From Ramazzottius varieornatus (taxonomy: Eukaryota; Animalia; Tardigrada), in contig BDGG01000004.1 in the NCBI GenBank assembly GCA_001949185.1, positions 521,620 to 585,619 on the forward strand: a stretch of 64,000 nucleotides of DNA, given 5' to 3'. Made by a program: the position numbers and the translations under genes. This document shows, in pieces, positions 24,523 through 38,749 of this stretch. The notes below the pieces were generated by a model. The model ran no database searches. It saw nothing but the letters and a program-made list of their open reading frames with translations, and had not been told where the DNA came from. The first letter of the stretch is position 1, and each line of letters begins with the position of its first letter.

Positions 24523-26454
24523 TCAGTCTTCGTCACTCCAAGTGTCGGCAGTAAGCGTTGCGGTGATGTTATTACATGCTTGCCGTTTGGCCCACCGGTT
24601 CATCTGGTACTTTTTCGCGGCCTCTTTCTCCTCTTGGATATCGCAGAAGTCTGTTTCAGGCGTCCACATTTCGATACTCCGGTCTGTGGCACCGGAGAAT
24701 AACGACTGAAAATGCGGATGATACGCGCAAGTCAGCACTTGCTGGAAATGCGCTGTTAGAGTTGTTAATCGTTCTCCTGACACCATATCGAAAACCTAGA
24801 AAAACATGTCAAGTTGGAGTGAGATCAACGCGGACTGAGAGCGGACACGAAAATGCGGTTTCCATCAAGGCAGTGGAACTTCTCGAGATACGAGAGCTCG
24901 GTAAATAAACTCCACAAGATGTTTTACAATAGTGGCGCCAGCCGAAAACAGCGAAAAGTGCGCCACTTCGAAAACGGTCCTGACGAGACTGCTCAAGCGG
25001 CGCATGTTGTCGGTACTACTAGCTGTGAAAGTGCGCTCCTTGAGAAAACAATCTTGACGAGTTTGTTTCCCAGGCTCTTCAGCCAGAATCATTATTTGAA
25101 GGTCCCGATTAATCATAGAGTTGAATTTTACCAAGATTTTGTCGCGGCTAGGTACGAAAATCAAATCCGGTGAGGCCAAACTAGTGACTGCCAATTGTAA
25201 ATGACGGTGGAGGTCCCTGAAGGCAAATTCCACTTTGCCGTAATTGACCAGTGTGTTTTTCCCCGACACCGTACTCCACGTTCTCAACCGGTGATCTGCC
25301 CCTAAAGATACCAAGTGTGTCCCACTCTCACTAAATTCTAAACTGACTACTGCAGACTCATGAGCGAAGTTGAGTGAGTTGGCGTTGAGGTCCGTGGAGG
25401 GTATGGCGTTGTTGGCGTCCAAGTACGCTAAACAGGACCGCGCTTTCCGGACGTCCCACAAGGCGATCTTACCATCTGCTCCACCACTCGCCAAGCAGTT
25501 TGCAGCGTGTCTGGACCACCGGACACAGTTAACGGGCTTCGAGTGACCGGAGAGAGTCTGGACAGAAGAGAGAGTGCGGAGATCACAGATTCGGATGGTT
25601 TTGTCCATACACGCGGCTGAGAATTCATATAAAATTTCAAAGGGAGCTTTTTGTTGAGATCTCTAAAAGTTTTGGATGTGTCTTACCAGCTATGAGAGGT
25701 TTGGCGGATTTCAGCAGCGACATGTGGTGGTCAATCACGGGAAGGGGAAACGTAAACTTGTGGACGGGCGTCATCTTCCTTGTGTCCCATACTTTGACTT
25801 TACCGTCCTTCCCGGACGTTGTGAAAGCTCCATGGTCATGGGGATAGAACTGGCAAGCGCTGAGAGCAAACTCGTGAGCGAAGGAAGAGTTCCTGCAATT
25901 GAAGGAATGAAACCATGGTGCGCAGGTGAAAGGGACCATTGGCAGTCTTGTAGCCCCAAACCAGTCAAGACATTTGATATATAGCAATCAATGCACGCAT
26001 GTTTGATTGGCAGGGTAAAATTAGGTCAATTCAATTTCAGTGAAATGAAACTAAACGGAAGTTCTGAATCCTACGCTAAAACTTTTCCAACCACGGGGTG
26101 GATTTGTTTGACAGACTCCGTGAAATTTGACAGTCCATGAATAACGACAGATCCATCTCCTCCACCGGATAGCAGGCTGAAAGATAGACCTGGGATTAAA
26201 CAACGCGGTGATGGAAAGGCAAGCGCTACTCGCACCTACAATCGTCCGTCTTCGGAAGAGATGTCCATGGCGTTGACTGATGCAGCGTACGTCCTTTCTA
26301 CTTCTTTATAGGTGGAAGGAACCAGGGTTCGAGCGCGTTGTCCACGAATTCTGGCATGGTGGATGAAGGGATTTGCGTAGGGCTGGCCAGGTCGAGCTGC
26401 GTCTTGAAGACGACACATGAAGGAGTATGGCAGGACAGAGGATAACGGATCCAT
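24523..26454 (-). CDS. ERCC8: DNA excision repair WD40 protein CSA, multi-exon
   Basis: VNAMDISSEDGR|LLSGGGDG, QFYPHDHGAFTTSGKDGKVKVWDT, LASGGADGKIALWDVRKA, SGKNTLVNYGKV, C-terminal DTWSDED. Confidence 0.9.
24897..25070. repeat. Intronic palindrome family copy 6 (two hairpins, ERCC8 intron)
   Basis: agtggcgcca...gtgcgccacttcg followed by ctcaagcggcgcat...gtgcgctccttgagaaaacaatcttgacgagtttgttt. Confidence 0.7.
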
Positions 26455-26541
26455 CGTATGAGCAGACTAGTTTGAGCGAAGCACTCGAAGCTCGTGACCT
26501 CTTCCTTTGTCCCAAGCACACAGTTGCGTTGCGGAAGCACG

Positions 26542-26590
26542 GCAGGACAGGATAGGAAAGGGCAGGACAGGATAGGAAAGGACAGGACGA
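26542..26590. repeat. Short tandem repeat (20 bp unit ggcaggacaggataggaaag x2.3) upstream of ERCC8
   Basis: Direct repeats visible. Confidence 0.8.
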
Positions 26591-26839
26591 GCTTCGAATT
26601 GTAGATCATCTGGACGGAGCATCGAGATGAGAACGAAATGATTCAATCAACGACCAGCAGGGATTCAGTCGTATGTTATACTCATTGGTTATGTCATGTC
26701 AAGCTTACAATCCTATCTTCTATCAATGTCATGGTCTGACAGCATTTTTCTAACACGAAAATTCTGACTAAATTTCCAACTAAAATATTCTTACTGCGTA
26801 TCTCGTGGTTTGACCGCCACATAGAGATCCAAAGTCACA

Positions 26840-29239
26840 CTAAGTATGAGCGAGAAACGTCCGCTTATGGTGCTGCCTACGGTTGAAAATGTTCTTTTCA
26901 TAGAATCTATGAGAAAGCGATGTAGCGGAATTCACAGTTGACTGCCGTCGGATGGGGAAAGGGCAGCGGAAGTTCTGTGAAGGTAGCGACAGATGACGGA
27001 AACTTCCCATGTCCACCTTCCACCAGTTCTCCATATCAGATTTTTGTTGCCTAACGAGTGAGATTTTCAGTGATCCAATAATGTAAACTTGTCTTTCGAA
27101 AATTGTGAAACGTACCTGTTACGAAGAGCCAAGACCAGGAAGCCCGGGCCCGCCAAGAGCACACCAGCCGCCGCGCCGAGTACTTTTCCAACAGTAGCGC
27201 CGATCCAGTGCTCTAGACAAAATAAAGCATTACACCGTATATGCGGTAAGGTTCGGGAATAGTCAGCTTACGACTTGTGTCACAGCGGTCACCGGTATAA
27301 CCGCAACGAGGTTCGTTCGGTGGCGCCCCCATACTTCCGGACCAGTCAATCTCGCCTTTGTCGAATGCGGTGAAACTATGCTCCGACGTTTTGTATACCA
27401 TTACATTCTGAAAAGATTAACGGAAAGGATAATCCGGTGTTGCGTGCGTCTTTCATTTGTCCCGATACCTGGAATGTGTTGTTGTTGACGTTAAAGTCAG
27501 CCACGCAATGAAGGCTCTTCCGTTCGCCAAACATATCGATGAATACCTCTCGAAGCTCGGCAGCAAAAGAACGATTCAAAGCGTGAGATGCCAAAGCCCT
27601 TCCGCTCAGGGAAGTCTTCTCTTGCAAAGATCGATTCAGAATCTGACCAAGGACATCCACAGCTTCGTAGACTGCAGTAACGAACTCGTTCGGCTAAAAT
27701 ATTCAATGTAGTTCAGCAATTAAGTTCTCCGAAGCGACTGATCGACAGGAGTTTGAAGGGTACCTGTTCTCCTGAGATATAGTCGTAACTGTAATCTGTT
27801 TTCGAGCGCCGTATCCATTCCTCCATCAAGTATTGCAGTAAGCTTGGATCTTTCCGCTCCGGCGAATCACTTATTTGGCACGGCGAGATTCTTAATAAGT
27901 TTCGGTAACCCTGTAGAAGTTCCTGCAGGAAATTGATACGTTCAAGTTCGATCTAGTTTCGTGATCCAAACAAGAGCGAAAACTCATAAAGACTTGCCAG
28001 CTACTGATGGTCAGAATTACCCCATTATCCGAGACGTTCCAGGAGATGAAGCTGGAAATGCCTCCGAAGAACCGAGCGTTCATCAGTGGCTCCATTACAA
28101 AGTATACCTGTGAATCAAACGAGAATGAAATGTATCGCATGTACGGTACTGATCGTGACGCAGGAAGCAGATGGCAGACTTACGTACTCCCCATTGGACA
28201 TTCCCATTCTTGAAGCTTGAACCTTTTATCAGAAAGTGGGAATGTTCAAATACTTTAGTAATTGATTATGTTTTCGGAACATCATTTTCGCGGACAGTTT
28301 TGTTCGGGTTGCCGCCTACCAGAATTCTTTTGGCGGTGTCACCGCGCATGGAAAAAACAATAACTGCAAGCCAAGTGCGTTAACATCGTAGGTGATAGCG
28401 GACGCGACACGGTCAGCTTGCCTCTGCTAATTTTGGTGCACTGTCGCAAAACCTCCGAGAATGTGTCCGCAGAAGAGTCGGCTGTGCCAAATTCGGAGCT
28501 GTTGAAGTACTGCACGTTGAATATGATCTTGGACGACCCAAATCTGTGCCGTAGCGTGTTTCGGGCTGCGTCGATCCACTGGGAGTAGAAAGGAGCGAGG
28601 GCTCCTTTGTCCCGAATAACGCAGACGGAAGACCATGAGTATTCCATCATAACGGCAAAAAGAACCTCCGGGTAAGCCTGCATTTGTACTGGAGCTGTGC
28701 TGATCATAGTTGGGTACCGTTGTCGATTTCGAAGACCATCAATTGTGAGGGACCTGCAGAACGAAAGGTGCCCGCTGCCAAGGGTCAAAAACAGAAGATG
28801 TAAGATATTAATTAATTATATTCCACCTACGTGGTAAACAACAGGCTATCTTGTTCCCGCGCCAGGTCACCTAGCCCACTGACTTCGTCGGTACCTGAGA
28901 CAAGGTCAAAGTATGGAGACTGGCATCACGATTGCGGCAAGATAATATGTTCGGGAGATCTGTACCTGGTGTAAGCAGCACCACAACGCCGTTTCGGTCC
29001 CATGTCTTTTCGTAAAATTGATGTACCAGGTAGACGTTGTCGACCATTCCCTGGACCGTTGACCAGTTGTACGACCCGATGTACTCCACCGTCACGTTGA
29101 AGTTAAACAGGTATCGGAGGCGTTCACCTGCCATGTCCAGCGCTGGTCCGATGAACGGCCTTGAGGACAGAAGAACAGCGGGATACAGAACATAAGTAAC
29201 GATGGTCAGGTTAAGAAGCGGTAATGGCGCTGGTTCCAT
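26840..29239 (-). CDS. Single-pass receptor: natriuretic-peptide-receptor/rGC-type periplasmic-binding ectodomain + TM + short tail, no kinase-homology or cyclase domain (~11 exons)
   Basis: PFIGPALDMA, GLGDLARE, RYPTMIS, ISR|VIVF, GMSNGEY|VYF, FIDMFGER, IDW..PPNEPRCGYTGDRC, TM (VLGAAAGVLLAGPGFLVLAL), ENWWKVD then stop; exons splice in frame. 5' end/signal peptide uncertain. Confidence 0.75.
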
Positions 29240-30018
29240 ATGCGCCGCGGTTACGAAATACACTTCGGCTTTAACCACGGTACAACCAAGACTCAAAACA
29301 GTGGCTCGTTAGGGTGAGTGGTGAAATTTCCAAGAACGAAGCTAAACGCGGAGCGAAAGCCGTTCTCCTTTTCTGGTAACACCAGCCAATTTTAAAGTCT
29401 CAGGTCTGCGATAAGAACAAATAGGACTTCCGGGAAAGATTCCCCACTCGCGCAAACGGGTCTTTTCGTCCAATCCTCTCATGACATTGAGAAGACCTCT
29501 ACAGACTCACCCATGACGCAAACAGTATTTTAAGAGACGAAAGCCTAAAGCCACGTAAACGGAAAACACTTCGGATCATCTTATAAACCTTTCAGTGAGA
29601 AATGCCACACGCAGTCATAACCGGCTGGAACAATGTTTCTCGCTAAAGTCGGACACTACATGACACTATATAGTACAAAGAAATCCTTAAATGTCAATAA
29701 TCCCATCAGCGTCACGAAGTTGGCGATACGATTTGCGATAAAACAAAAAAGTAACAAGGGGAAAAAGAAAAAAAAGAGAACCCGAATAATATAAAAAGCA
29801 CAGAACAGATGTTCATACTACAGTACAGTCAGCTAAGACGACCAATAAGATTTGATTAAGGAATCACTCATGAAAATTAGGTATCCCAAATGAAATCACT
29901 GATCAGTGATCATAAAGCCCAACGTAGGATAAACAGCTCGCAACAATACAAAACGAGTACGTTTCTCGCCCTCAGAAGTGCGTAGAAGATAAGAAGCGCC
30001 GACAGACCGGAAGTACCT

Positions 30019-33000
30019 TTATTTCAGTATCAGATCGCTTAGCTTGTTTAGTCGGAAGTCGGGATCGTCTAGCATACTGTTCATTATGGCAATCGTTATA
30101 TCATCCATATTTGGTACCTGTAACGCAAGATTCTTCAGCCATGCCCAGCCACACTACCGCAAACCAAACATCCGAAAGCAATCCGGCTCTTCTTACCGTT
30201 ATCAGACGATGAAACTCGGTCGTCATCTTCTTCTCAATCCAGTCCGTCACATGATTGTACGTTACTTCGCGCTCTCCAAGCTTGGGAAACGCCCTACAAG
30301 AACCATAAGATAAGTACTGACTAAGATATTTTCCAAGATCCAAAATAGAGAAAATGTGGAAGTCGAGCGAGCAAAGCCTTATATCAAGTGGCGCACGTTC
30401 CGACCAACAACAATGGAAACATGCGCCACTTGAGATGAAAATTTTGAAACGTTCTGTTGCCCAGTCTTTCATTTATCAAGGCAGTTTTCTTGGGTTTAAA
30501 CTTTTGTTGAAACATTCAAACGCTATGACATACCTCAAGTGGAGATCAGGTTCGGAGGTGAAACCCCACCAGCCTTTGTCCGACGGTGGGTGTGCGATAT
30601 TGAATGCCAATCTACCAGCCAAGCGTTCGACCACCACCGTCATGGCCAAATCTGTATCGCTGACGTTCTCCATAGCCTTACGAATCATCTTCACGTCCGT
30701 CAGTTTCTGGAAGGCTTTAGACTCGGTGATCTTCTCCACATAGCGCATCAGCTTCTGTTTACCACCCTCCGGCGCTTGCGACGCCACCTCATCGAACTCG
30801 TCCACCTCGTCACTCTCATACATGTTCCGTTCCTGGTCTTGCTGATGAGCCCGATCTCTGGAAGAAGCTGAAGAGTAGACGCTGTCGACACTGCCGACGC
30901 TCATTGTGTCCATCTGGACCTCGTTTTCTTGTCCCACATGCTTTGCCTCCTGTACGAAAACAAGTCTCATAAATTCCAAAAGCTGTCAACAACCTGCATA
31001 CACCGTACCGCGATTTTACTGTGCTATAGAAGTATGTAGGTGCATGAAATACCAACAATTAAATCGGATAATCGCCCACCATATTTCCTGATTTTATTAC
31101 GAGTGTTTTTGAATTCATGGTGATACTATAACATTATTCTTACGGTTTCGTCATCGCCCTTCTTCAGTTTCATCAAGTTCAGCTTCGTCTGTAGAGTCAT
31201 CTGTACCGTTCCATGATACTCAAAGTCCATCTCGATCCATATACCTCTCTCATCCACACCGGGCTTTTCCGAAACGTTACTAATGATGGGCAAATTCTTC
31301 CCTGCAAAACCAAATCGGTTACTAAATCAAACTAATTTCAAGGAATATTTTCGTCAAATTTACCGAGATCCATTTCAGTGATCTGAAGTTCTTCAATGTA
31401 AAACGGTAGTTTGATAATCGACAACTTCTTCTGAATCTTCTTTTTCACCACATCCCGCCATATCGGATCGACCAGCACATCGAACGCCACACGATGCAGC
31501 AGCACATTCAATGTCGACAGGTTCTGCGACAAGTTAGGCTTCATTTCTGGCATTGGGTACTTGCCAGAGGCCCTCTTGAATCGCCAGTACCAGTCTTCCT
31601 TCTCGCGGTCACTACGAGGTAGCAGGTACAGGACGGGGGGATCACCCCAATGGAGTCGCTTGGCGCTGACTTTCTCGTCAAACTTGTTTTTCTTCTTATC
31701 TTCTTCGTCCTGCTTAACGGCCTCAGCGCGGAGGTCTTCAATGTACGTGGCGACGGAAGCTGGATCGACTAGCTTGATCCCGATGGGCAGACGCCAGATC
31801 CAGCGTCGCTTGCGAGGTATATCTTCCGGAATCAACGTCACTTCCGCATCTGCAAGAAAAAATCGTGAAATATTCGTAGACATTCGTAAAGCCAACTGAG
31901 CCATTTCGCCCATGCATCAAGGACCTGCTTTCACTCAGCGTACATAAAAACACTGCATGGGCACGCAGGTACATGAACGCCCAGCGAGACCTCTCATTCG
32001 CGCACTTGCATACTCGCTGATCATGATTCGCGTAAGGCAGAATGTATGCAGGTTTACACATGAACATTTTCATGCAATCTGTTCTCGTGTCTCTCGTTGA
32101 CCGGCATACACCGAGCCGTGCATTTTGACAATACGAAAGTACGCAGGTGGACACATCAACTTGCTGCTGTTACGGACAGGTTTTTCTTACCGGCAATGCT
32201 GAAGACGCGGGATTCAGTGAAAGTAAACGAGCTGCTTTTCAGCTCTTCATCGTACATCGCTCGTTTCGGCAGCACTCTGTTCTTAGTCTTGCGTATCCTC
32301 AAGTCCGTTCCGTCCAAGCTAACGTACACATTTTGCGTCTGGTTCACCGAGAACGTCGCGATGTCGAAGTCGCCAATCATCTGATTCATCCAGGTGCTCG
32401 GCGGTTCCGTGTTTCCAGCCTTGTTGGGATCACTGGAGTACTGCTTAGCGTACCGGGTACCTTCTGCCGGAATGATGGCGGGTGTCGTCGGTGGAAGCGA
32501 GCGCTTGGACCGGGCCGTGCTGGGAAACACGAGAGTGAACCAGATGCGCACACTGGCTGCTGCCGTGAAGATGATGCCGAAAAGCAAACCAGACCTACAG
32601 AAACCAAACATCGCCGTTTTATAAAGTATATGGAAGCCGAAGCTGCTCGTGCAAACAAACTCAACAAGACTGATTTCTCAAGCGGCGCAGGTATTCTGTG
32701 CTATAGCCTGGAAACGTGCGCACTTGAAGAAAGACATCTTATCGAGTTTATTTATCGAGCTCCCATACAATGATACGAGAGACACCGTCATTCTCGCCGA
32801 AATCTTACATGAAAGACGGCATGGGCACCACCAGGATAGCCACCAGGAGACCTCCGACCAGCAATAGCGGTGTGTTAGAGAAGAAAGCACTATGCATCAT
32901 ATCAAGACCTTCGTCCTTCTTTTCCTCCGCAATGCGAACAGCTGAAAAAGAATATCCATCCTTTCAAGAGAGAACACAATTTCTTACGAGATACCGAGGC

Positions 33001-34069
33001 ATAAAATGGGAATTTTCTTTTAAAAAGTGAGGAATTTTTACGCGGACAATTTCCAGCCGGCGGTGCCTTCATATCGCCCTCCTTCTCCTGTTTCGACATG
33101 CTGTGTCGTACCCTCGGTGGAGGTTGTGGAGGAGACGGAGCCCTGCCTTTCCTACTGCCGTTCAGTTCAGGAACATCCCTGACGACCGTGTTCGTACGAC
33201 TAGAATCGCTATCTCTGACGCTATAAAATAAATTATTACTAGGGTCAAACCAACCAAGGAACCGTAGGAAAACTAACCCGATCAAAATCTGATTGGTAGC
33301 ACGAGCTTCCGCATTCCGCAGGAGCGCGTCAGCATGCTCAAGGGTCGGCGAAGTGATTATGGGAAGTTTCTGGATATCAGCGTAGAAGCCTCCTCCACCG
33401 TGGCCTAATGATGGGCTGTCTTTCATGGGTGACGACGATCTCAAGAAGCTGTCCTTGGACTTGTCTGATGCACTGCCGCGTCTATCCTCCAACTATGGAA
33501 ACGATGGAACCGAAAATAACTTACACACATGTTTCGGATCAAAAATGAAAACTTCAATCCCGACTCACTTTACGAACTCGTACCTTCTTTGTAATCTTCC
33601 CTAAAATTCCCGAGGGTTCTTTGGTACCTTTACTCGAGGTCCCCGAATGCACAGACTCAGCTGATGGTGTCAGCAGCTTCTCTCGATCGTCTTCGGAATT
33701 CTTCCGATGCGAGAAGCGTTCTTTCAAGTTATGAAAGTTATCTCTAAAAGACGAACTCTTTTCCACCGTCGGATTCCGGCCAATGTCAGGCGACGGTGGA
33801 GAGATCATTTCAACCTTTGACAGATCCTCAGGAGAGGGCTTGCGTTTTGGCGCCTTGGGAGTCGCGAAGAATTCGCCACCTTTATAGCTGAGGGACGACG
33901 GGGGATTGGGCTTGATGTCCGTCAAGATGGGATCTTCCCTGATGTTAACATAATCGTCGTCCGAGTCGGCGTTCTTGCCGGCCGCAAACTTGACGCTGAA
34001 GCTGGAAGGAGACGTTGGTGTGTCGACCGAGCCAGCTGGAGCAGTAGATCCTTTCGTGCGACGCATCAT
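30019..34069 (-). CDS. TEX2: TEX2/Nvj2-like ER protein (disordered N-terminus, 2 TMs, PH-like and SMP domains)
   Basis: KRRWIWRLPI, REKEDWYWRF, KKIQKKLSIIKLPFYIEELQITEMDLG, LAFNIAHPPSDKGWWGF, PKLGEREVT..VTDWIEKK, VPNMDD. Confidence 0.9.
30367..30462. repeat. Intronic palindrome family copy 7 (TEX2 intron)
   Basis: tcaagtggcgcac...atgcgccacttgaga. Confidence 0.75.
32651..32758. repeat. Intronic palindrome family copy 8 (TEX2 intron)
   Basis: gcaaacaaactcaacaagac...tctcaagcggcgcag...gtgcgcacttgaag...tcttatcgagttta. Confidence 0.7.
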
Positions 34070-35699
34070 GTTGTTGAACGTCGATTCATGATCCTCCAGA
34101 GGATGCTCCTGTCAATCAAACAACAGCACACAATCAATCATAGCGAAACAACCTACACCGGATTTTCAACTTCCTGTCTTCCTCCCAAACACTTTTCTCT
34201 CTACATCTTCCACTTTTTCGTTCATCCATCTTGCGGAAGCAGTTCGGTACTCGCTGAGCAGAGATTTCATGAATTCTAACTGCCGAAAACCGCGAAATGT
34301 CGTCAAGCAACTTTCTACGTCAGCTTCCAAGAAAATTTGAAACGGCCACAAGTCAGCGCAAACGGACTGCAAACAGTACGCAATAGTTGTTTGATTGCTG
34401 CACAGTTACCTTGACCACAAGGAGACAACGGACTCTTCGGCTTGCCATTGTCCGTTTACTATATGCAGTTTACACCTTCCTGCTTGCCGATTTACCGACA
34501 ATTAAATTCCCCATGGAAAGCAGCCAAATCGAAATGGCGTGAAAAAATCGATAAAATAACACAAAATATTTGTTCACGTAGTCAGATCAAGGACTCCAAA
34601 TCTCGGGGAAGATTCAACAGTAAACAGTTCTTACGGAAAAAACATGCGACCGTCAAGTATCGACAGGTAGGGATCAACAACAGTTGTAGCGTCGCATTTG
34701 CGGATATCCTCGTTACCAATCAAGCGGAACTCCTAATACAAGTTCGACAAAAAACTGATAAGGTTTCCAAAGCTTACCATGATTCTCCCCTCGAGGAGAT
34801 CAGCCCTGCAGTTCCTCAGGATGGATGATCAGCGGATAGCTTTTAACTTCGCCACGTAGCGGGACCAAGAAGCCAGTCGGAATTGGAGCATTTCCACGCT
34901 GGTCCTCCGCCAGACAACAATGCAAGGATGTGACGTGTGTTGTCGAGAGACGGTGCAGCCCTTATCCGTTGATAGTCATACATGGGAGGGAACAACGATG
35001 TGCACAATCGTTAGTCTGCTGCGCCAGGAAGCAGAGCGAAAATCGCTTGCCTGAGCATTAAATACAGAAGACCCATGTTGATGCGAAAAACAAACAGTGC
35101 GAAGAGTTCATCAAGGATTTCCAATGAATTTCCCAACTGACAAATCCAGATGTTCGTTCAGCAAATCAAGCGAAGGCTGCCTCTATAGTGATTTCGGCTA
35201 AACACTGGTTTTACTCTTCATAAACAAGAAGGGCATTCTTACATAACACAACAGTCGCTGTAAGATAATTACCTCATGTCATGTCGTTTTATATCGAATT
35301 TCATTTAATTTCCGAATTTCCAATCACTTTCATATGACATAAGTTTCATTCATTCTGCAGGAATCGTTCTTTTCGCCATCCGTTCCACGTCTCCCTGAGC
35401 CTTCTAATCTGAGCTACTGACTACTATCTCCATGCAATGGAGGTAAGACAGTTCTCTTATTAGAATTTCCCCAACCACGAACCTGTTGTTTGCAGGAGAC
35501 AAGAGGAAAAGCGCCCTGGCTGCGCCGTCCACCGATGAAAGGCGAAGGCATCGCGTCCAGCTCGCGCAGAGATTCTTCTGGAGGCACCTTAATGTCGGCC
35601 GAAGAGCGTCTACGCATGAGTAAGGCGTTCACTCGTTGGTAAACTCATCAGGCAACATTTCGTTTTTTAAATGCAGTGCGCGTAATTCAAGCGAGAGAA

Positions 35700-37550
35700 A
35701 TGGGTGGCTCGTACCACGAAGATCCTTACGCACCTCACGCTGGCGCGCCCGACCAAGCAACCAGAAAAGACAACAACAAAAGCTCTGCTTTCACCGTTCT
35801 CCTCATCGCCGTTACCACCGTCAAGCTTCTTCTTTTTACCTCCTATCGATCTACGGATTTTGAAGTACATCGAAACTGGCTGGCGATAACACATTCCCTG
35901 CCTATGAGACAGTGGTTAGTTTTGATATTAGGTTATTTTGGAGCGGCGCAGTCGATCTCAAGATGAAACGAAGCTACACGGATTGTTGTGACGTCATGCG
36001 TCTTTCATGCGTCCTCATGTGTATCCTGTGTGTTTAGGTATGTGGACGCTACTTCCGAATGGACCCTCGACTATCCTCCTCTCTTCGCCTGGCTAGAGTT
36101 TTGTCTCAGCCACATTGCTCGATTCTTCGACGCAAGGATGTTAAAAGTCCAGAACCTGAACTACAGTTCCCCACAAACCATTCTCTTTCAGCGCCTCACC
36201 GTCGTTCTCGCCGACTCGGTCTACATCTACGCGGTCTCCGAAGGCTGTCGCCTCCTGACTTCCCGCTTGACCAGCCGTTCCCGTAACATCCTCTACTCGC
36301 CTGCGACCGTCTACAGCCTCCTCATGCTGTGGAACGTAGGTCTCCTCATCGTCGACCACATTCACTTCCAGTACAACGGCTTTCTCCTCGGTCTCCTCCA
36401 ACTGGCCGTCTTCCGCGTCGTTGAACGTCGCTTCCTGGCTGCCGCTTTCTACGTCAGCGTCGCGCTCAACATGAAGCACATCTTCCTGTACATGGCTCCA
36501 GCTTTCGGTGTCTACCTTCTCCGTCAGTGCTGCTTTCCAAACAGTCCACACCTCGACATCAGGGAGTTCAACGTCAAGAACTTCGCAGCTTTGGGGTCCA
36601 TTTTCGCGCTTGTTACAGCCATTGCGTTTGGACCTTTTGCAGTGTTCGGTCAACTGCCGCAGGTCTTCAGGCGCCTATTCCCTTTCCAGCGAGGTCTGAC
36701 CCATGCCTACTGGGCACCTAACGTGTGGGCGCTGTACAACGGGGCCGACACGGCTTTGACCGTTCTCAACAAGCGCTTTCACTTCCTCGTTCAGTCAGTC
36801 CAGCACGTGGCTGACTCCGCCTCTAGTCCAGATAACTCCACCCTCGACGCTGTACCATTGGTAGGCACTGAGCAGTTGAAAATACAGTCCTTGACAGGTG
36901 GCGTGGTGGGTGCTGGCGAACCCAACATTCTTCCTGCGGTATCACCAAGCGTTACCATGTGCCTCACGATACTGGGTATGTTTCCGGCCTTGTGGTCACT
37001 TTGGCGTGCGAAAGTTGGTACGCCGAACCTGGCTTCCGGCGACGTGTTCGTGCGGGGACTGGTTGGAGTGACGCTGTCCAGTTTCCTCTTCGGTTGGCAT
37101 GTGCACGAGAAAGCGATCCTCTTAGCCATTGTACCACTAACATGGCTGGCGATCTCTTCCGCCAACGATGCTAGGTTGTTCCTGCTCTTAAGTACGGCAG
37201 GATTGACGGGACTGCATCCCTTGTTGTTTACACCGTCAGAGATCCCGCTCAAGTACATGATGATCTTTCTGTATATCTACGCCGCCTTTAAAGTGCTCAA
37301 AGATAGATTTTCTGTGGTGCGGCTGCCAGGAAGAAGGTACTGCTTGCCATTGTTGAATCGGATAGAAACTTTGTATGTTTTAGGCTTTTTACCTGTTGAA
37401 TTTTATAACGCGGTTGTCCATGAAAGTATTTTGGGTTTGTGTACCAAGTTGCCGTTTTTACCTTTGATGGTAACTTCGATGTACTGCGCTATTGGCGTTG
37501 TTTATGTGTACGTTTTAATTGTTATCGATCTCTTCAGACTTAGTCGATAA
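35700..37550 (+). CDS. ALG8: Dol-P-Glc alpha-1,3-glucosyltransferase ALG8, 2 exons (35700-~35914, ~36038-37550)
   Basis: [21 protein letters not shown]|[51 protein letters not shown]. Confidence 0.96.
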
Positions 37551-38158
37551 GAATGTATCACTCTACTTTCTAAATACACGAGACTGACATGATATAAATT
37601 TGTTTCAGAATTCCACGAGCTCGCGATCACTTGGCTCTGCGCATCGGTTTTACGAACTTCCTTGTCCCTTTTCACTAGAAAAAATCAGCTCTGTAGACAT
37701 CAGGAATATCATCTTGCCGTGGAAGTTCCCTGACGCATATTTGTGATACCTGGGAACGAATATGATGGGTTATCCAAAGAGTACGTAGTTGTAAAGTCGC
37801 TGCAAAAGCAAACCCCTTACCAGTACAAGATTGCCGACCCGAATGCTGTCAGAAGTGTCAATAGAGTCAAAAATACTACCACAGTAGTCAGCATGCCGAC
37901 GTTGCTCGTGTGACACTGTGCTTTCATTCCGTCAAACCCACACCGGAGCTCGTTACCGGGGACACGTCCGCTGAGCCACATTAGGTCTCGACCAAACGGT
38001 TGGGTAATTCTGTGGCTCGCTCCGGAATAAAATAAGACGCTCTGAAAAACGGAATGTGCGAAGAATTCACCGCTGCCTTAGGTGCGTGAAGTCCAGAACC
38101 GGTCGCACCTCGAAGGATCTTGATGTGCTGTTGAACTGCTTCATGACATAGTTTGGTA

Positions 38159-38749
38159 CACGCGGCTGGCCTAACTATTGGCCTGGACAAAATTTCTGGC
38201 CGGACGGGCTGGCGGCAGTTTAACGCAGAGATTGTTATGTCGTAGCAGAAACTAGCCCTGTGACGTTAGCAAGTAAAATTTCGCAGTGCAATATGCTGAA
38301 TGCAGTGTCATTCCAGATTTCGTTTCTTATTTCGTACTTCATTTCCCATCTTGAGGAAGGTTAGCCTGGAATATGCCGGAAGGTCTAAAAAGCAAAAGAC
38401 AGCGAAAGTATACGGAGGATAGGTAAAAAAGGCAGTTCGTGCGGTTGCCTTCATAAGGTGGTGGATTGCCTAAGTAAAGGCCTTTCCGGCAAGAAAAGTC
38501 AAGTTTTGACGTTGATTTACCATCAGAGCTGCATTTACCTAGCAAAATAACCAAGCATGTAGAAGGAAATCGGATCTACGATGATTGAGAAGATCTCTGC
38601 AAATGTTTGGTTGTTCGTGTAGGCAAAGCGGTTACGTGTGGTGAAACCAGTTCTGTCTCAGCCGCAAGCGAATACAGTTGGCGGAGCCGCTGATTCGGAA
38701 ATCAGTGGCCAGAAATTTTGTCCAGGCCAATAATTAGGCCAACCGCGTG
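38159..38749. mobile_element. Non-autonomous TIR element, ~45 bp TIRs, TA-flanked (TA|CACGCG...CGCGTG|TA)
   Basis: cacgcggctggcctaactattggcctggacaaaatttctggcc / ggccagaaattttgtccaggccaataattaggccaaccgcgtg. Confidence 0.8.
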
